DNA of 63,919 nucleotides, counting the filler, from Licmophora abbreviata (taxonomy: Eukaryota): the NCBI GenBank assembly GCA_900291995.1. It is 9 parts of 9 records of this genome, joined end to end, with 100 filler letters (N's around TTAATTAATTAA, not from the genome) between each part and the next. Parts side by side here need not be neighbours in the genome. Positions count along the whole stretch, not along the records: positions 58,947 to 62,509 come from OLMU01005403.1; positions 62,610 to 63,919 come from OLMU01005426.1; 7 more parts are not named here. One strand, written 5' to 3'. Positions 59,834 through 63,919 of this stretch are shown here, in pieces. How positions within the stretch are numbered: position 1 is the first letter of the stretch; the number at the start of each line of letters is the position of its first letter. The notes below the pieces were generated by a model. It saw only the letters and a program-made list of their open reading frames with translations, ran no database searches and was not told where the DNA came from. The translations under genes were made by a program, and so were the position numbers.

Positions 59834-60406
59834 TCATTCTATCAGGCTTATGAGTGCCAGTAGTTTCCAATCCTGTACCCCATCTACCGTCCCTGGACTG
59901 GTCGAGTATAGAGCCAGTTCGTGTGCGTCAAAGTCGGGAGGTGGAGTCACCTCGTGACAAGGTGGCACTTGTTTGGTGCCGTAATAAAACGAAAGATGCG
60001 GCTCACCTAATGGAAGGAGGAAGTTACGGTCGCTTGTATCGACCCCCAAAAGTTGTCCCGACATCTCAACGAGCTTCTCGTATTCCACGGTGGACCTCAT
60101 GACCGCAACCGATGCCTGGTTCCAAATGTGATTGCCTTCGTCATCGACCATCGACACGATGTTCTTGTGAAATCGACATGGTATCTTCCCAAGCGATGAC
60201 AGTCCCTGCGATAACGTCCGCCCCCACTCTTCTGCGTGCTCTTGCGATTCACATTCCAAGCCAGCCAGAATCGTGATGTGAGGCTCGAACGGAGCACTGC
60301 CACTCCCTTGGTATCGACGTGACAGGTCCGTTATCTGGGCATACAGCGTTTCTCTCACGCCCAGCGGTGGCATTAGCCAAAGGGATACGCGAATAGGTGG
60401 TTTCAT
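59834..60406 (-). CDS. 2H-phosphoesterase (2',3'-cyclic-nucleotide phosphodiesterase, CPDase-like)
   Basis: SLWLMPP, FEPHITI and EPHLSFYYG (two HxT/S motifs). Confidence 0.85.
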   Translation of the reverse strand: MKPPIRVSLWLMPPLGVRETLYAQITDLSRRYQGSGSAPFEPHITILAGLECESQEHAEEWGRTLSQGLSSLGKIPCRFHKNIVSMVDDEGNHIWNQASVAVMRSTVEYEKLVEMSGQLLGVDTSDRNFLLPLGEPHLSFYYGTKQVPPCHEVTPPPDFDAHELALYSTSPGTVDGVQDWKLLALISLIE

Positions 60407-61089
60407 TCTCTTTTGTTCCGGCACCGTGGTTGTCCACACCGCCGCTGATGAGGATAGCAGCAGACGGAAGATTCGGGATAAGGGCGCCTTAAGGATCTTC
60501 GTGTCCCAGTCAATCGTCTTGGCACGTTCCAGCGGCTGATTCACTCACACAACTTCTCGTCTATACTACTGTTCAACGCAGTCAAGAACTACCACAAGAA
60601 CCACGAGTCGTCGACTGTCGACAGTATCATCGCGATGCCGATCCGTGTCGACACGACTGCAAGAAAAAAGAGATGCGCGTTCGGTCGTATCTACCGACTC
60701 ACTCGACTGCGCGCGACTACTTCTGATCTCGCCAAGTGGAATTCCCCGTACTACACGGGTAGACCAATGAGACACAGGACGAACAACGGTAACACCTATA
60801 GATCCAGGCTTTGGCGCCCTACCAACTGCACAAGGCGATTGACGCCCGCAGACTAGAATTACTTCCTAGAAAAGCAATGCATTTCATAGGATAGATACAG
60901 TTTGAGGTTAGCAACAACGCGCGTACGCGCCTAAAAACTATCGGCGTAACTGCCTCCTCGTTCAGAATATAAGATGCAGAGACAATGTCGCTTCATTTGA
61001 TCTTGTTGCGGCTCTACTGCATCTTCGGGTAGACTTCCGAGAGTTGCACTCCGGAGTCCAGGCACGCCCCGTCTCCACAAGTAACCTTG

Positions 61090-62101
61090 TTAGCTTCCAC
61101 TCTTGTGCAAGCGTCCGACACAAGGATATTTCTTCCGCTCTTCAAAAGTCTTGATCCAATCTTGTAGGACTTCCCGTTGTCGATCTGTAAGATCGTCCAG
61201 ACTTGAATCCTCAATATCCTGGGGCTCAAAACTCATCTTCGCCAGTGCCCTGGATGCATCTTTGCCAGCAAACCTGTTGTACGAAGCTCCCGGGCCGTAG
61301 AACAAGACCCCTCCGAACGACATGTCATATACTTTTCCACCAGCTCCTAGATAGATTGGTGAACTTGCATATCCCTCTGGCGTCTCTGCCGTACCATCAA
61401 ACTTGCTCAACTCTTGTTTGGTCACAATCCGATCCGCCGATGGCATCTTGTCGTCGAGCACCAGACGCCCCAAGACAGGATAACAGCGATAGTGTTGAAA
61501 CTTTTCTATCCAATTTTCGAGTTCCATCCTTTCGCCATGGTTCAAGCTGCTGCATCCTTCCAAATCATCAAGATACTGAGCGTCAAAGGACATTTTGGCC
61601 AGCGCGACGCCGCACTCTCGTCCTGCAAAGAGCTCGTAAGGTCCGTCAGGACCGTAAAACGACCGGCCTTCTGATACATCGAAGACTTTCCCATTGAGAG
61701 AAAGAAAGACGGGCTTCTCCTCGTTGGTTTTTGCATCGACAGTGCCGTCAAAGTAACGCAACTGCTCGGCCGTGAAGTTTCGAGGCGGATCGGGTTCGTC
61801 CGGTGACATCATGGTTGGTCCTGTCGAAGCGGTGGCTTCACGGGGAGACGCAGCGACATCCTTGGACGAGTTCATGTAGAAATGACCAATCAAGACAATC
61901 GCAATGATCACAAGGTACTTTGGAATAAACAACATCTGGGTGAGACCTTCTCTTTTGGCGATAGGGCCTGGGGTACAACATGCACATTGCACACACACAT
62001 CATTGCGCCATCATGAACTCTAAGAAACTTACACCCAATGTTCCTTGGACGCCTGCAAATTCGTCAAGTGACGTCGACAGATTCTGAATGAGTTCCATCA
62101 T
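61090..62101 (-). CDS. MAPR (PGRMC/Dap1-like) heme/steroid-binding protein with two cytochrome-b5-like domains
   Basis: FDGT...VFDVSEGRSFYGPDGPYELFAGRE and FDGT...VYDMSFGGVLFYGPGASYNRFAGKDASRALAKMS. N-terminal TM. Exon 1 62101..62033, exon 2 from 61935. Confidence 0.9.
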
Positions 62102-62509
62102 GATGCAAACAGATAAAGAAGTGAACACATGAGAGGAAGGCTGACTAGAATATCTGTGTCAAGAGGCATCATCGTCGCGTCTCGTCGTCTCGCGGTCGTC
62201 GCCTTCATCATCCGCAGACAGATTAGACGAGGGCTGATCTCCCTTAACATCTACTCGTACAGTGCATATAATGCAAAATACGACTGAAACGTCACTCAGC
62301 GACACTTGTCTACGCCACGCGTCCACCACGAAAAGAGAGAGCCGACGACCGACACTGTTTGTGTGAGAGTCAAGTCGAGTCAAGTCAGTCGCGACGCAAA
62401 GACTGCTGTCCTGCCGCTGCTGTTGCTGTGCGAATGAGGTTCGGCGCTGCAAGAGGATTGCATCGACCTGACAGACAGAGGAAGGCTTTGAGCTTCTTGG
62501 TTAGGCGTA

Positions 62510-62609
62510 NNNNNNNNNNNNNNNNNNNNNNNNNNNNNNNNNNNNNNNNNNNNTTAATTAATTAANNNNNNNNNNNNNNNNNNNNNNNNNNNNNNNNNNN
62601 NNNNNNNNN
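62510..62609. other. Assembly spacer
   Basis: N-TTAATTAATTAA-N. Confidence 0.98.
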
Positions 62610-63498
62610 GACACGTCGTTTCGGCTATCTGAATGACCACGGGACAAGTCATCTATCGGTTGTGGATGATGAAGGAAATGCTGTGGCCATCACAACGTCG
62701 CTCAACACGTATTTTGGATCGGGAGTCTACAGCAAGTCAACAGGAATCCTGCTTAATAATCAAGTAGGTACTCGGTTGTCCCCTGATACCGTAGGGACAC
62801 GGTGGTCGTGTGATTCTCTGTGTTGTCGATTCGACTCACAATTGTTGCCCCCCCCCCCCCCCCTACCCGGTTCTTAGATGGACGGTAAGGCAATAACCAT
62901 GTTTCTTGTCCCTCTCTATCCGTAGCTCTGACCACTCATGAAACAACGTTGCGCTCTTTCATCCCGTGTCTCTGTTTGCGTTCCAGACTTCGGTACACCC
63001 GGTCGTCCTAACTACTACGGCCTCAAGCCATCAGAATCCAACTTTATCCAGCCCGGAAAGAAACCGCTCTCGAGTATGTCTCCTACCATGGTCTTTCAAA
63101 GAGATCGCGACAGTGACATGGATCGCCTGCTTATGGTACTCGGTGCCAGCGGCGGTCCGAAAATCATCACGGCCGTGCTTTCCGTGTTTGTGAATTTTGC
63201 ATTGTTGAGCATGCCCTTGTTTGAAAGTATTGCCCACCCTCGATTGCACGACCAACTGCTCTATCACGGGTCGGCCACGACCACCTTTGAGAAAAGCGCC
63301 GTGCAAGGTACGAACGGGGGTGAGGATCTGACAATTGAAGTGAGCAATACGACTCGGACGGCGCTCCGAGAACGAGGACACCGACTGCTGGCGGTCGACT
63401 ACATGGGTACGGTACAAGCCGTGACGGTGAACCTCGAAACGGACACATTAACAGCCGTGTCGGACATTCGCAAGGGAGGCAAACCGGATGGGTACTGA
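62610..63498 (+). CDS. GGT: Gamma-glutamyl transpeptidase, C-terminal (small-subunit) part
   Basis: DHGTSHLSVVD (catalytic Thr), TSLNTYFGS, GILLNNQ|MD|DFG, PGKKPLSSMSP, GASGGPKI, SDIRKGG. Introns 62764..62877 and 62885..62986. Confidence 0.93.
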
Positions 63499-63580
63499 AC
63501 AGAGTTGTACATGGCTGGTACTGCACGAATAGAAATTTAGAACGTTTCGTTCATATACTTCCTTCGTTACATTGTTACAT

Positions 63581-63919
63581 TCACTCTTCTTCTTCTTTTA
63601 CAAGCACAAAAGTAGTCCCCTTGTTGCCTCTTGAAATTCGCACACGCTCCGACAAGTACGTAATGTCGATCCACCCCTTGACCCAATCTCGCAGCAAGGG
63701 AAATCGAAAGGGCACGGGGTAGGGTAGTTTGAAATCAGTACCAAACTTGAAATTTCCCTCGTCAAAGACAAAGTCAATTCTTGCGTCCGGTCGCGTAGGA
63801 TCCGGTGCAGCCTCTTGTCCCACCAAGGAGACACCCAATATATTCAACCCCAACACCTTGCCTGTAGTCTTTCGTTCCGTGATGAGTTCCGGCAGTGGAT
63901 ATTGAGACGTCGATGCCAG
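63581..63919 (-). CDS. PAP/fibrillin (plastid lipid-associated) protein, C-terminal part
   Basis: GWIDITYLSERVRISRGNKGTTFVL is the fibrillin C-terminal signature. Confidence 0.82.
   Translation of the reverse strand: MASTSQYPLPELITERKTTGKVLGLNILGVSLVGQEAAPDPTRPDARIDFVFDEGNFKFGTDFKLPYPVPFRFPLLRDWVKGWIDITYLSERVRISRGNKGTTFVLVKEEEE

Noticed and set aside
62848..62863. Poly-C tract and microsatellites (GACT repeats at about 15184, CT repeats at about 22552, GAA/AGT repeats in LSM1)
   Set aside because: Ordinary simple repeats. The C-tract is noted only as context for the micro-exon.
11986..63498. Apparent thiol/glutathione/metal theme (PCO, PCS, MATE, MFSD5, CTH, GGT)
   Set aside because: The genes are scattered over 50 kb among unrelated housekeeping genes and across several unverified contig joins. 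There is no evidence of a real cluster.

Overview
Gene-dense eukaryotic nuclear DNA, almost certainly from a diatom. The evidence is many bipartite signal + 'A/G-F-x-P' (ASAFAP-type) plastid-targeting leaders, short GT-AG introns of mostly 80-140 nt, and roughly balanced GC. The window is nine contigs joined by eight artificial 100-nt N-TTAATTAATTAA-N spacers, so adjacency across gaps is unproven. About 40 genes were reconstructed by hand across introns. Most are housekeeping or metabolic: FabB/FabH, FNR, ClpP, ALDH, MATE, LSM1, MFSD5, NDUFB8, TOM22, cystathionine gamma-lyase, UBC1, GGT and others. No rRNA, tRNA, CRISPR or recognisable transposon was seen. The standouts are: (1) a RING + RBR-catalytic (Rcat) ubiquitin-ligase module fused to a Upf1-like SF1 helicase, a candidate nucleic-acid-sensing E3; (2) a membrane-anchored phytochelatin-synthase domain on a Trp-rich 11-mer repeat stalk; (3) a palindromic TACCGGTA motif strongly enriched just upstream of genes; (4) a 7-nt micro-exon in GGT; (5) a pseudo-receiver protein; (6) two decayed genes missed by the ORF track, one overlapping the 3' end of an NTT-like gene. 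All family calls come from recognising motifs by eye, not from database searches.
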